From Pristiophorus japonicus (lineage: Eukaryota): a stretch of DNA of 64,000 nt. A program made the position numbers and the translations under genes. Below, in pieces: positions 27,596 to 39,299 of this stretch. Position 1 is the first letter of the stretch. Every line of letters begins with the position of its first letter. Location: contig NC_091989.1 in assembly GCF_044704955.1 (NCBI RefSeq), forward strand, positions 104,346,001 to 104,410,000. The letters are read 5' to 3'. The notes below the pieces were generated by a model. The model was not told where the DNA came from. It did not search any database and was given only the letters and a program-made list of their open reading frames with translations.

Positions 27596-28283
27596 CATAT
27601 CAAGAAACAATGCAAGACTCGGGCTTCCTATAATTGTACAGATAGAATGTTACGAAACAACAGCTGATTATTCCATGTACATATTATGACAACAGTACGC
27701 TAAGGTTTTATGCACTAATTTCTCAAAAGGAAATTGATGGCAAGGATTTTCATAGGTGACAAATATCACTATAATTAACAGTGTTCATACACTCCTGGCT
27801 CAATTTCGTGCCAAGCTGTAATTTTGCACTCAACAGCTCTGGACTGTCTGTAAACTCCAAGGTCGTCAAGAATTGAAGATGCCCCCATAGCGAGAGAGAT
27901 TCTGATATCACCGACACTCCTGAACAGAACAACAGAAAAGCCTTCTCATCCAACAGTTGTTCTCCTTCTCATCTTCATCCTTTATTTCGCTCGCACCATT
28001 GTTTCCCTATGCTATCAGATTACTGTCAGCTTTGTTCCAAATATTGATGGCTTTTCCTCCTAAACTGCAAATATGTCTTCCAGCAGGCACTTTCTCATTT
28101 CTGCTCTCTCAAACAGTTGAATTCAAGACTTATTCCTTGAAGACCTCCAAACCTTCTCAGTCTTTGCTTCCTCGATTATCGACAGTATTTCAAACCCTCT
28201 GTTGCTATTATTAATCACTGCCTCCTGATGTACCTTTTGCTCGATCTTACATTTTTCAATCTCAAAGGGGACTATGTCCATAC

Positions 28284-31200
28284 TGCCATGTATGTAGATC
28301 ACGTATACTAACTGTATAGTCACATAACGTGTGCCACCAGAGGGCACTGCGGTAGGAGACCTGAGGCTGCCCACCATGCTTGTGCCTCACTCTGGAGTAA
28401 CAATAAATAGGACTAAGGTCAAAACAGCTCAAGTACAATACTAGACCTTGTGGAGTCATTCATAAGAGTATTAAAGACAAAACAACTGGCGATGAGGTTA
28501 TGAACTTTCACACAAAAATCACTAACATTGGTGCATTAGAAAAGTTCTCAGAGGATGAAGATTGGGAAGCCTTTATGGAGTGGCTCAACCAATATTTTGT
28601 AGTAAACGACCTGATAGGCGATGGTCCGGCCAGGCTGGCAGATAAGCGCAGATCCATCCTGTTGACCAGTTGTGGGCCCACAGTCTACGGCCTCGTCAGG
28701 GACTTGCTTGCACCAGAGAAAACAATGACCAAGTCATTAAAGGAGCTGAAAGTACTAATTTGGGACCAAATCAAACTGAAGGAGAGCATCCTCACGGCCA
28801 GGCATCGATTTTCTACACACCGTTGCCCGAGGCCAGGAAATCGCGAAGTATGCTGCCGACCTCAGGAGGCTGGCAGGACACTGTGAATTCGGCGCATCCC
28901 TCATTGATATGTTGTGGGACATCTTTGTAATTGGCATCAGTCATGAGGCCCTTCTTCATAAGCTACTGTCTGCTGAAACAATCGTCACTCTACAGAAGGC
29001 CATCAGCATCAGCCAGGCATTCATGACCTCAAGCTGCAGCTCCAAGCAGATGATGACTTACTCTCAGGACTCAAACCCGGCAAGTACTTTAAATAGAATG
29101 ATGCCTTTCACAGGCAGAACTGTTGAATGTGAATCTGCCCAAGGCAGAGCGTACAGGGTTCCGAGTCCTTTAATGCAGAGTCCCCAATGGGTGCAAACAT
29201 AAGTCAAGTAGCACCATGCTGGCATTGCGGAGGTAATCACAGGGCTCATCAGTGTCAGTTCAGAGACTATGTGTGCAAAGGCTGCAGCACAAAGGGCCAC
29301 CTCCAACGAATGTGCAAAAGAGCTGTGACCCAACACATGGAAGAGGATTCAGCAGATGGCTATGAATCCAGCGCGGATTATGAGGAGATGGCTAGAGAAG
29401 CAGCTCAGTCCCAGGACGAAGTGTATGGAGTATATACCTGCACCATAGATGGTCCTCCAGTGATAATGAAAGTCGAGATAAATGGCATTCCAGACTTCAT
29501 GGAAGTGGACACGGGAACGAGTTAGTCAGTAAAGAGCCAGGAAGCCTTTGAGAGGCTATGGAACGATCAAGCTGAACGACCCAAGCTGGTCCCAGTTCAG
29601 GCAAAGCTGCGCACCTACACCAAGGAACTGATATCAGTTGTTGGTAGTGTGGATGTAAGTGTATCCCATGATGGCGTGGTGCACAATTTACCATTGTGGA
29701 TTGTTTCAGGTGATGGACCAATGCTACTTGGAAGAAGATGGACGGGGAAGATTCATTGGAACTGGGAAGACATCATCCCTCCAGCGATCGACGTCCCCGT
29801 GCTCAGAGGCAAGTCCCCACCTCTGTTGGACAAAGCACCGGAGAGCAGATCCATGCAGTCCTCGAGGCACAGGCCGCTCATGACAACTGCATGGTGATGA
29901 TCAGGCCGAGACGACCCAAATGCACCTTCCCGGTTTCAGTGGCAGGACTCCTGGGGAGACAGATTGGATCCGAGGGCGCCTTCACAGCTTCAGTGTCAGA
30001 ATCCCAGGGAAAGAAGATCGCAGCAGTTGACATCGTGGACACGGAAAAGTTGGTGTCCAAACCACGGGGTGCAGCGCTAATGGAGCAACGACATGTGGTT
30101 CCACGCAAAGAAGACGATTGGGGTAAAAGTAATAAGGCTATTTTAAAGGAAGCCAGCAACCCGCCATTTTTGAATGAACGGCTTGAAATTGGTAACCAAT
30201 GTAAAAGTCCAGCTGTAATGAGCAAAATGTTGTTGAGCGATTTGTCGGGTGCAAATTACAATCAGCCAATGTAACAGGCGAACACCTAATGATTGTATAC
30301 AGGTCCAGCGGGCTACCCAATGCTGTAGCCTGCATCCCCGGGACCAGAACGATGTATCATAAAGTGTGCTCACAGCTGACAGAAGTAGACAAGCCGCAGA
30401 GTAAACGATTCACAGAGAGCAGAGGCACTGGTAGCCTCAGATTGGTTTAACATTGCAGGCACCCGATGGCATAAACCGCCACAAGCTAGAAACAGTAAAC
30501 TGTGCCTATGCTCGCAGTTGGCTATCATCGCCCAACACCCGGGTGGAAAAGGAAGAGCCCACAAACCCACTCGCCACCACAGCAATGCCCAAGATTGAAG
30601 GGTCACCCACAATGGCTCCTCCGAACAGGACCTGAATCAGCCAGGATCCCAAACTAGAGAGTGATCACAACCGTGCCCTCAAGGAAAGCGAGTCAGCAGT
30701 CCCCTGCAAACTGCTAGATAAGACGAGGCAACCCCACCGTCACTTAGACGAAATGCTCACTCACTCAGACCACTTCCCAGGGAGCAGCAGCGACAATATG
30801 CAAATGAAAAACACAGGGATGTCACAGACACATCAGCTGTCTTTGGGCCTACCCGAAACTAGGAGTAATGACAAGAGCCCTGAGCTCCGGCAAGTCGAGC
30901 AAATTGAGCTCACCTCGCCCACAGACCCACTTGCATGGGGCGCCGCCACCAGAAGACCCGGATCTCATCTGGCCATGCTGGAACCAGACTGTGCTTGTGT
31001 ACTTGTACTGATATACCTGTACCGATCATGTAAATGTACCACACAAAAAGAAACGCAACTGTAATCCACCCAACAAATGTACCAAGATGTAAATGTAAAA
31101 CCCATGTGATGAACTTGAATGCAACTTGCATGTAATGGGCCATTAGCATGATCTCTGTGTGGTGGTGGGGGGGGGGGGGCAGGGGGGAGAATGGATTAGT

Positions 31201-31591
31201 CATGGACTCCAAACCAGAAACCACTGGAAACTCCACTGGCAACAAATCTCTCTACCAACCCACCCAAGCTAGAAGTGATCCTCCAATGGTCCACCAGGAA
31301 GAGCAAAGGCCAGATCGCCATCAATGTACGAGTCAATTTGCATAAAAAACTTGGGGGGAAGTGATGTCACGTATGTCATAACTGTTTAATCACATAATGT
31401 GTGCCACCAGAGGGCACTGCAGTGGGAGACATGAGGGTCACATGCATAGGTGTGCAGGGCTCAGTATAAAAGGCTGCCCACCATGCTTATGCCTCACTCT
31501 GGAGTTACAATAAATGGGACTAAGGTCACAACAGCTCAAGTACAATACTAGACCTCGTGGAGTTATTCATAAGAGTATTAAAGACATAACA
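28284..31591 (+). mobile_element. Ty3/Gypsy (Mag-clade) LTR element retaining gag and protease only
   Basis: LTRs 28284-28484 and 31365-31591 (TG...CA); 5-bp TSD CATAC on both sides; PBS TGGCGATGAGG (tRNA-Ser type); PPT before 31365; gag zinc knuckles (CWHCGGNH, CKGCSTKGHLQRMC); protease MEVDTG; no RT motif seen. Confidence 0.92.
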
Positions 31592-32022
31592 CATACAACT
31601 TGGTTTCTGAATTTAGAACAAGTTTAAATGCAGAAGTGCGTAGCATTGTGTTGGGAACATTACAGACCTGTCTTTCACCATTGCAGACGCCCGTCACATT
31701 AAATTGCATTGGCCAGCTCAGTTGACTTTATCAATTATGCTTCAAGTTCAACTTATTATGAAACTTAAATCTACTTTTCAACAGATATGTGGATCTGGTA
31801 TTGTCTTCAAATAACATTGGGTGGGGTGATGGGGCTCAAATGTACACGAAGCACACACCTCCATTTCATTCTTTAAATTCGGCCGTGGGACCACAGTCAC
31901 AGGCGTGTAGTGTCACACGTCATTGTTTCACAATTCACATCAAGTTATGCACAGCGTTATTTCCCCTAAACTATTAGAGTTTCGTGTTTGTTGCCTTCAA
32001 ATGGCCAGTTCCAATCACTGAA

Positions 32023-32077
32023 ATGTCTATGAGACCTGTACTTCTGAGTATAAAGTTCATTGAGATTATTTTCACTG
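32023..32077 (+). pseudogene. IgSF gene 2 exon 1 (leader) MSMRPVLLSIKFIEIIFT
   Basis: Ends IIFT G|gtattt, paralogous to gene 1 IIYT G|gtatct; phase 1. Confidence 0.65.
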
Positions 32078-32170
32078 GTATTTTTTTTAGCTTGTTCTTT
32101 ATCTTTATGTCTCCCTTTCATTCTGAAACTCTCTGTATATAACTATAAAAAATGTTCAGTTTCTTAATAG

Positions 32171-32480
32171 TTGCTGCGGATATACTGTTTGAAGTAACAG
32201 CCCCTGAAAATACCAATTCGATCACTGGTACAAACATTGTCTTTAATTGCACATCATCTATTTTGCAATACAACTCTGATGTGAATATTTATTGGTGGAA
32301 AGTTGGCAAAAAGGAATTGATACAAGCAGACATCAGGAAACGATTTCTTACTGAGAAAGGAAACGCCTCCTTCGAACTCCAGACTATCAACGTCCAGGAC
32401 TCTGGAGTTTATCACTGCGGAGTTACACATCGGGGGAAACAGGTTCGTAAATGAAAATGGATCAAAGCTTGTTGTCACAG
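32171..32480 (+). pseudogene. Gene 2 exon 2: VJ-type V domain with a +1 frameshift
   Basis: GTNIVFNC, IYWW, DSGVYHC; exon is 310 nt against 309 in gene 1; removing one base near 32431-32440 restores HRGNRFVNENGSKLVVT|gtaaga, colinear with gene 1. Confidence 0.85.
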
Positions 32481-32882
32481 GTAAGAACATTGTAAAGAGC
32501 ATATCGGCGTTACAGGGTCAGAGTTATTCAAAATAAATAATGATTTAAATAATGAAGTATCGCATTCCCCACTCTCTCGTGCTTCTTTAACATTTATATT
32601 AGAAATCAAATGGTTCAATTATAGATATTCTCGTTTTAAAACACAATACTTGTAGATCTGTGCGCTGGTTTTGAAACCATCTTAATGGTTTTATTAATCA
32701 TTAGTTCTATAATGTCATGCATGTAAGCTTACGCAGGAAGAATTGTCATGCTATTCAGGTGTGACTACAAATTGTGATAACTTGAAAGGTTTTCAGTATA
32801 AATAACATTTTGATTGGGCTGATTTGAATATATCCTGAACAATTTAAAACAGTAGTTTGATGACCATCTATACTATCAGGCT

Positions 32883-33005
32883 AAGAACAGAAGATCATAA
32901 GAAATAGGAGCATGAATAGGCCATTTGGTCCCTAGAGCCTGCTCCGCCATTCAATAAGATCATGGCTGATCTGATCATGGTCTCAGTTCCCCTTCCCTGC
33001 CCGCT
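32883..33005 (-). mobile_element. CR1 3'UTR stub abutting the broken ERV env
   Basis: cataagaaatagg...gatctgatcatgg CR1 tail, ending abruptly at ~33005. Confidence 0.75.
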
Positions 33006-34297
33006 AGCCTACGATGATCAGCTGTGCCACTACCAGGGCGTGAGAGAGGATGCGGTCCCAGGCTGGGACCTCTACATCCAACCCCCAATCCCACCAGGGC
33101 CTTGAATTTAAGTCAGCTATCTGGGCTCCCAATTTTACTGTTTTTTTGTTGTAGGGTGAAATAATGTTTCTGGGATTTTTGTGCTGCTTTGAACAGATCT
33201 GTCAGGTGCTCTGGTAAAATTGGAATGTGGTATCCGAAATGTGCTGCATAATTGTCCATGCTATTAATCATTGATGCCCCGGTGTTGAAACCGGTAAAAA
33301 CATCATTCCAGATCCCTCTTCTGTGTCTTTTCGGTTTGACGTTGTCTTTGGGTTGTAGACGGTACAGCAAAGTCTTGTTCAAATAGCCAAAATCGAGCTC
33401 GTAGAATGTCCTGAACATTTCTCGAAGGAGAGCCTGGTAGAGGCGTTCTGTCTCTTTTGGGCACCATTCACGAAGGTGCACCTCGGTAAGGTTTCGGATG
33501 ATGGAGGCCACAGTGTAGTGGCCCCCATGGTATAGCAGCTTGTCCGTGGGAACCAAACCAAACCGTACTCTGGTCCCTGGGTGGAGGTAGGGCATCTGTC
33601 CATGTCAGTTGGCTGTGGGCAGGGGCTGTCTGGGGTGTGCGCTTAACTCGGTGGCGTGGATGGAGCTGGGGTGGCTTACTATGCATGCGACCATGCTCCG
33701 GTCCCATCCCATCCCCTCCCCTTCATCCCACCACTGTCAGGAAAACACTATGGAGATGCCTGCCGGGCATATCTTCTCTGATCCCCACATGCACACATAC
33801 ACTCCTAACTCCGCCTCCCACCATTTATCCAAACACACACTCACTCCCCCCTGGGTGTCTGTGATGATCCGGTAGATGCTGTTGTCCAGTCTCTCCTAAT
33901 CTGCTGTCAGGTTTCCCATGTCCTTGCTCAGCTTCCTGAGCCACCATCACCTTCCCACTGGGATGTGCCCCTTACAGGTCAGGCGAACCCTCTTCCCAAC
34001 CACTACCCTAACCCGGGATGCGGTCACCTCAATGCTGGGGCAGGAGACTGATGCTTCCCCATACGTGACCCCGGGGTGGCTGGAGTAGCTAGTGGAATTG
34101 GACCCCAACCACCCTGGCCACCTTCCCCTGTATATGTGGGTATATATTGCGGTCCCCTCTACCCCTGGTGTCCCTTCACCTGTGGTTACAATCGGTGCCT
34201 GCCCCCCTGAGCATCCAAAAATAATGGCTTCTTCAGTCTCTCCCCGGTAGCCTATGCACATTCTGATGTAGGTGCACAGGAGCAGGATTTTCCTCAT
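33006..34297 (-). pseudogene. env: ERV env: signal-like N-terminus, Ig-like domain, RHRVKR and KRHRR furin sites, fusion peptide, internally deleted ectodomain, start of TM
   Basis: MRKILLLC at 34297; ORF 33113-33595 KRHRR|GIWNDVFTGFNTGASMINSMD; frameshifted C-terminus QIADLNSRPWWDW...ILSHALVVAQLIIVG; pyrimidine-rich splice acceptors at ~34441-34467. Confidence 0.75.
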
Positions 34298-35570
34298 CTG
34301 TGGTTCCTCTTCTGAAAGACAAAACCTCATTTGGTTCAAAAACCCTGAGCCCCCTGGCTCATCCCTCCCCCATTTTCCACTCTGTCTACACCTCACATTA
34401 CCCCTGCACGGGTTTAAACTGTGTGTGCCTATCGGTCTGACTGCAAATCACAATTTTACTGTGGAAGTCAAGGGATTTCAATGAATAAACACTTAAAACA
34501 ACAAACAAACCTTACACAAAAGAGGAAGTGAGAGAAAAAAAGAAGTCCAGGCTCCCTATCTTATTGGCTCAAAAGCCTCACTGTTATACTCCCTATATTG
34601 CAGAGGCCACCTGAGCCCCACTACACGAGAGAAATCTTTATATATATATCTGTACACACCTACTGCTCTCCTTTTTAACCTGCTTGCCACCCTTCCCGGG
34701 TGGCTGTGCTAATCCCTGAGATGCTCCTTGGTTTTCCTTTTTTGCGGGGGAATGTAGGGGGGAGACCACCTCTCCTTTGGCCTCTTGGGCCGGACCGACC
34801 TTAGCGGCCCCTCTGTCTCCCCTGCCAAAGTGTCCGCCGAGCTTCGGGTGGTGCTTACTGGGCTGGTACAGCCCTTCACCCTCTCCAGGGATGGCTCACT
34901 GCCCTTGGGAGCAACGAAAATTCCCTTCACTGCCGGGGACTCCCGAATCCTCTGGGGGCTTTGAGTTGTACAAGGGTTCCACCCGAAACCACTCGCAGCT
35001 GATACTCTCACAGCGTTTCCTCAGTACTTCTAGGGACCACTCACTACTGGGACCCGCCGCCACCCCTCTCTCCTGTAGGCTCTGGGCTGTCTGTACCAAA
35101 AGCTAGGCTATCCCCAACAGGCTCCTCACTGTTCGTGGCCCCTCCCGCCGGTACAACCCCTTCCCTGTCAGGAGACTCTCGTTATTCCAGGGACCACTCA
35201 CTGCTGGGACCCGCCACCACTATCTCGCTTGCAGGCTCTGGGCTGTCCGCACCGAAGGCTAGACCAGCCCCAACAGGCTCCTCACTGTTGGCGGCCCCTG
35301 TCTTCAGTACAACCCCTTTCCCGTCAGGAGACCTTGGCTGCGGGGTCACATCCAGTGATTGGCTGCTGCCCTGCACGGCCCTTTTCCCCTAGTACCTCTC
35401 AGGAAAGTAAAACAGGCTGCTTGGGACGGTGGCACCCTTGGCTGCGGAGTCTGAGTGGATCTCCTAACGGGTGGAGGTGAGTCCTCATCCCATATGTAAG
35501 GTGGGAATCCCCCTTCCTGTGGGTCCCAAATCTGTGGGTAATTTGTACCTGTGAAGCAACTCACTGCTCC

Positions 35571-38500
35571 TTATGGTGGGATCGGTGGGGCTGCAGTGAT
35601 GGGCTGGGGGCCTGGGCTTCCCTTCAGGATTATCCCTCCGGGCTGCCCTTTCCCACGAGGTTTTGCCTTGTTGGGGTTAACCAGTTTACATTGGTTAATG
35701 TGAAACCATTTAACCCGGCGGGGCATCTTGACCGTGCATACCACGGGGCTTGCCTTGTCGACAATGCTGTAAGGCCCCATGTATAGTGGCTCAAAGGCTC
35801 TCACCCTGGCAAAGTTGCGGATCATGACCTGGTTCCCCACCTGCCACTCATGGTGTTTGCTCGGTTCCAGCAGCAATCGGTTGGTCTGATGCTGCTTCCC
35901 CATGTTAGTGGCCGCCTGCCGGTGAATCTGCTTGAGGTGCTCCAACAGACTCTTGGTAAAGCGGTCCCTATTCATCTCGATTACCTGAGCTTCCGTCAGG
36001 ACCGAGGCAAGTACATGGGTGGGGGTTCGCATGGCTCTTCCAATCATGAGCTCGTATGGGGAATACCCCGTGCTTTTCGACTGGCTGGCCCGGATCCCCA
36101 CCAAAACCAGGGGCAACCTCTCCACCCACCTCTGCGCAGAATCCCCAGTCTCCTTCCTGAGTTTTTCTTTCAAGGTCCTATTCATACGCTCCACTAGCCC
36201 TGAGGACTGGGGGTTGTAGGCGACGTGCCACTTCCCCTCAATCCCCAGCACCTTAATGGTTGCCTGCATGATCTGTCCCGTGAAGTGGCTCCCCCGGTCG
36301 GACTCCACGTACAGTGGAAGTCCCCACCTGGAGAATACCTCCCTAACCAATATCCTGGCGGTCCCCGCTGCTGTGGCTGTTCGGCAAGGGAAGGCTTCAA
36401 CCCACTTTGTGAAAGAGTCCACCAAAACCAGGCAGTACCGGTACCCTCCCTTAGCCACAGGTAGGGGCCTCTATGTAATCAATTTGTATTGATTGCCATG
36501 GTCCCTCTACCCTTCTTGCATGTCCTAGAGACACCTTTCTTTTCTGGGGATCTGGATTATTGGTTGCACAGACAAGACAGTTCGCACAAAATTCACGGGT
36601 GTCTTCCTGGAGCTGGGGCCACCACCCGACCGTTCCACTCATTGTCAGGTGACCTCCGGTCCGGGGTGTCCAACTCCAGGGCCTGCGTGGGCTTGCTGAA
36701 GGAACTCCCTCTGGTGCCGCTAGGGCACTATCCACTGCTCTCCTTTAAACAACATCTTCTTCCTAACATGGATGCCTGTGCCCCCGTACGGTCCTTTGAC
36801 CTTTTCTCCTGCAGTCAGCTTGTCCATGACGGACTTGAGGACGGGATCTCGCGCCTGTACCTGCTGGAGGTCCGGGGCCAAAGCCACCCCTGTGCTCCCT
36901 TGTGTCCCCTGTCCGCCCGAGATAGCTGCTATGGGGCCTGCCTCGAGCGGGTTCCACTTGGTTCCCGTTCGGGCTGCCTCTTTGGCCAGTTGATCTGCCT
37001 TTTGGTTCCCTGCAGCCCTGGGCCCATGTTTCTAATGGGCCTTTACTTTGTGAATGCAAATTTCTGCCCCGGTCCACACTGCTTTATGGCCAGGGGCTTA
37101 CTGTCTGCAGATGTATACCTGCGACGGGACCAGATGGCTAGGTACTCCGTGCAGGCATTGCAGGTGAACATACTATCTGAAAAAATAGTATAGGGCTGTG
37201 GGAATTCATCGGGGTGGGTGACTACATACATGACTGCCGACAGTTCAGCATGCTGGGCGCTCATGGTGTTTGAGAGCTTTATGGCCCTGGCAATGGCTAC
37301 CTGGGGATCATAAATCCAGCACCCTGTGAGCCTTTCCCCTGCCAACACCATGCTGGACCCGTCAACATAGATCTCCCGGCCGTGGGGATGGATCCCTGCC
37401 CGGAGCCCTATGTCCACATCCCAGACCCCCTCAACGGAGCAATGGTGGGCTTTCCCTGGGTATAGCATGTTGGCTGCTAGTCGGGGCTCACACATCCCTT
37501 TTACTCTCAAATCCATCTGTGAGAGCAGGAGGGTCCAGCAAGCAATGCGTGCGCTGCTCACTGTCCCATCCTTAATTCTCCCATCCAGCAGCATCTGAGT
37601 GGGGGTGTGATGAGTGAGGAGGGTGATTGGGGACACTCCTGTAAACACCTGCAACCACTTCACAGCCAAGTGGGTGGCCAGCAGATGCCTTTCACAGTTT
37701 GAGTAACCCCTCTCAACCTCAGTGAGGACCCTGGAGGAGTAGACCACCGGCCTCAGCTGGCCGTGTCGCTGTTGCCTCAGCACAGGAGTTAAGCTATCCC
37801 CGTTGGCTGCTACCTCCAGGAAAAATTCCTCGCCCTCGTCTACCGCTCCCAGGGCCGGAGCTTTCTGCAGGTCTCCCTTGAGGTGGGTAAACGCTGCATC
37901 ACAGTCCTCATCCCATTCCCACTCCACGCCTTTGCACAGGAGTTGAAGTAGGGGGGCTGCAATGGCTGCGTAATCCTCAATGAAGTCCCTGCAGTAACCG
38001 GTCAGACCCAGGAACGACCTCACCCCAGTAACTGTAGTCGGAGCCAGTAATTCCTGAACTGCCCTCCTCTTAGCCTCATCAATGGCTCTCTCCCCTGCCC
38101 GCACAGTCAGCCCCAGGAGATTTTACCTCTGTCTGGCCGATCTGTGCTTTCTTAGGGTTTGCTTTAAAACCCTCCTTGTGCAGCAGTCCCAACAGCTCTG
38201 CCAGCCGGGGACCGTGCTCTTCCTCCGAATCGGAGAATAGCAGCAGATCATCCACGTACTGGACTAGCTGTCTCGGTCTGCTGAACTCTTTCAGTTAGTT
38301 GGCCATACACTGATGAAAAATGCTCGGACTGTTGTGGAAGCCCTGGTGAAGACAGTTCCAGGTATACTGCTGTCCTTTGAATGTAAAGGCGAATTTGTAC
38401 TGGTCCTCCCACCGCAGCGGGATGGACCAGAACCCATTCGAGATGTCCAGCACCATGAAGACGGCTGCGGACTCGGGGATGGCTGCGACTAGGTTGGCTA

Positions 38501-39260
38501 CGGCTGCCACTGTGGGTGCACAGGCAGGGATATTTTTATTGAGGACTCGGTAGTCCACCGTGGCCCTCCAAGAATTGTCCGTTTTCCTAACTGGCCAAAA
38601 TGGAGAGTTCACATGTGTGGCTATTGGTCTCAACACTCCCTGTCTGACTAGAGATCCCAATGCAACCTCTAGGTCTGCCTCAGCCTCCCTGGGAAAATTA
38701 TACTGCTTCTGGGGCTTAGACATGGGGTCCCCATCTACTCTGACCTCGACCCCATTTACCCGTCCACAGTTGTTTGTGCTTATGCATGGCAAATGCCGCC
38801 AGGTTGGCCCACACAAAAGCCTGATAAATCAACGCGGTGCCGTCTACCAGAGCGCCGAGGTCATATCCCTCCTTCGGCTTTACAGTGCAGAGGGAACCCT
38901 TCCCCTGCTTCCCCCTCCCCGGTGTCAGCTCCGCCCCACATACAGTGCTTCCTCAGGTCGACCAGAACTTTCTGGCCGCTGAGGAAATCTGCCCCGAGGA
39001 TGCCTTTATCCACTCCCTCCCACGACAGAAGGACACACTTTCACATGGTGTGGAGGATGCCTATGTGTATCTGCAGTGGTTTGGAGAAGAAGCTCTCGCG
39101 TTCTTCTCCAGTGAAGCTGGTTAGGCAGTAGGGGATCACACTGGATAGGGGTGAGGTGGTCGGGTCGTCTACATGAACCAGGGTGCATGAGGCCCCTATG
39201 TCCAGCAGATACTCCCCCCGGACCCCCTCAACCACCATCATGACACGCATCATATGTGAC
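35571..39260 (-). pseudogene. pol: ERV pro-pol (protease, RT, tether, RNase H, integrase) with stops and frameshifts
   Basis: LLDIGASCT; LDISNGFWSIPL; QGFHNSP; QYVDDLL (~38241-38261); tether RPVVYSSR; RNase H IYVDGSS/SAQHAEL/FSDS; IN CANCLVC, QIDYI, VDSFTKWVEAFP, SDRGSHF, SSGLVERMN. Confidence 0.92.
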
Positions 39261-39299
39261 CGGGCAGAGGTACACGGGTTCCTTGAGTGGGTGTTGGTC

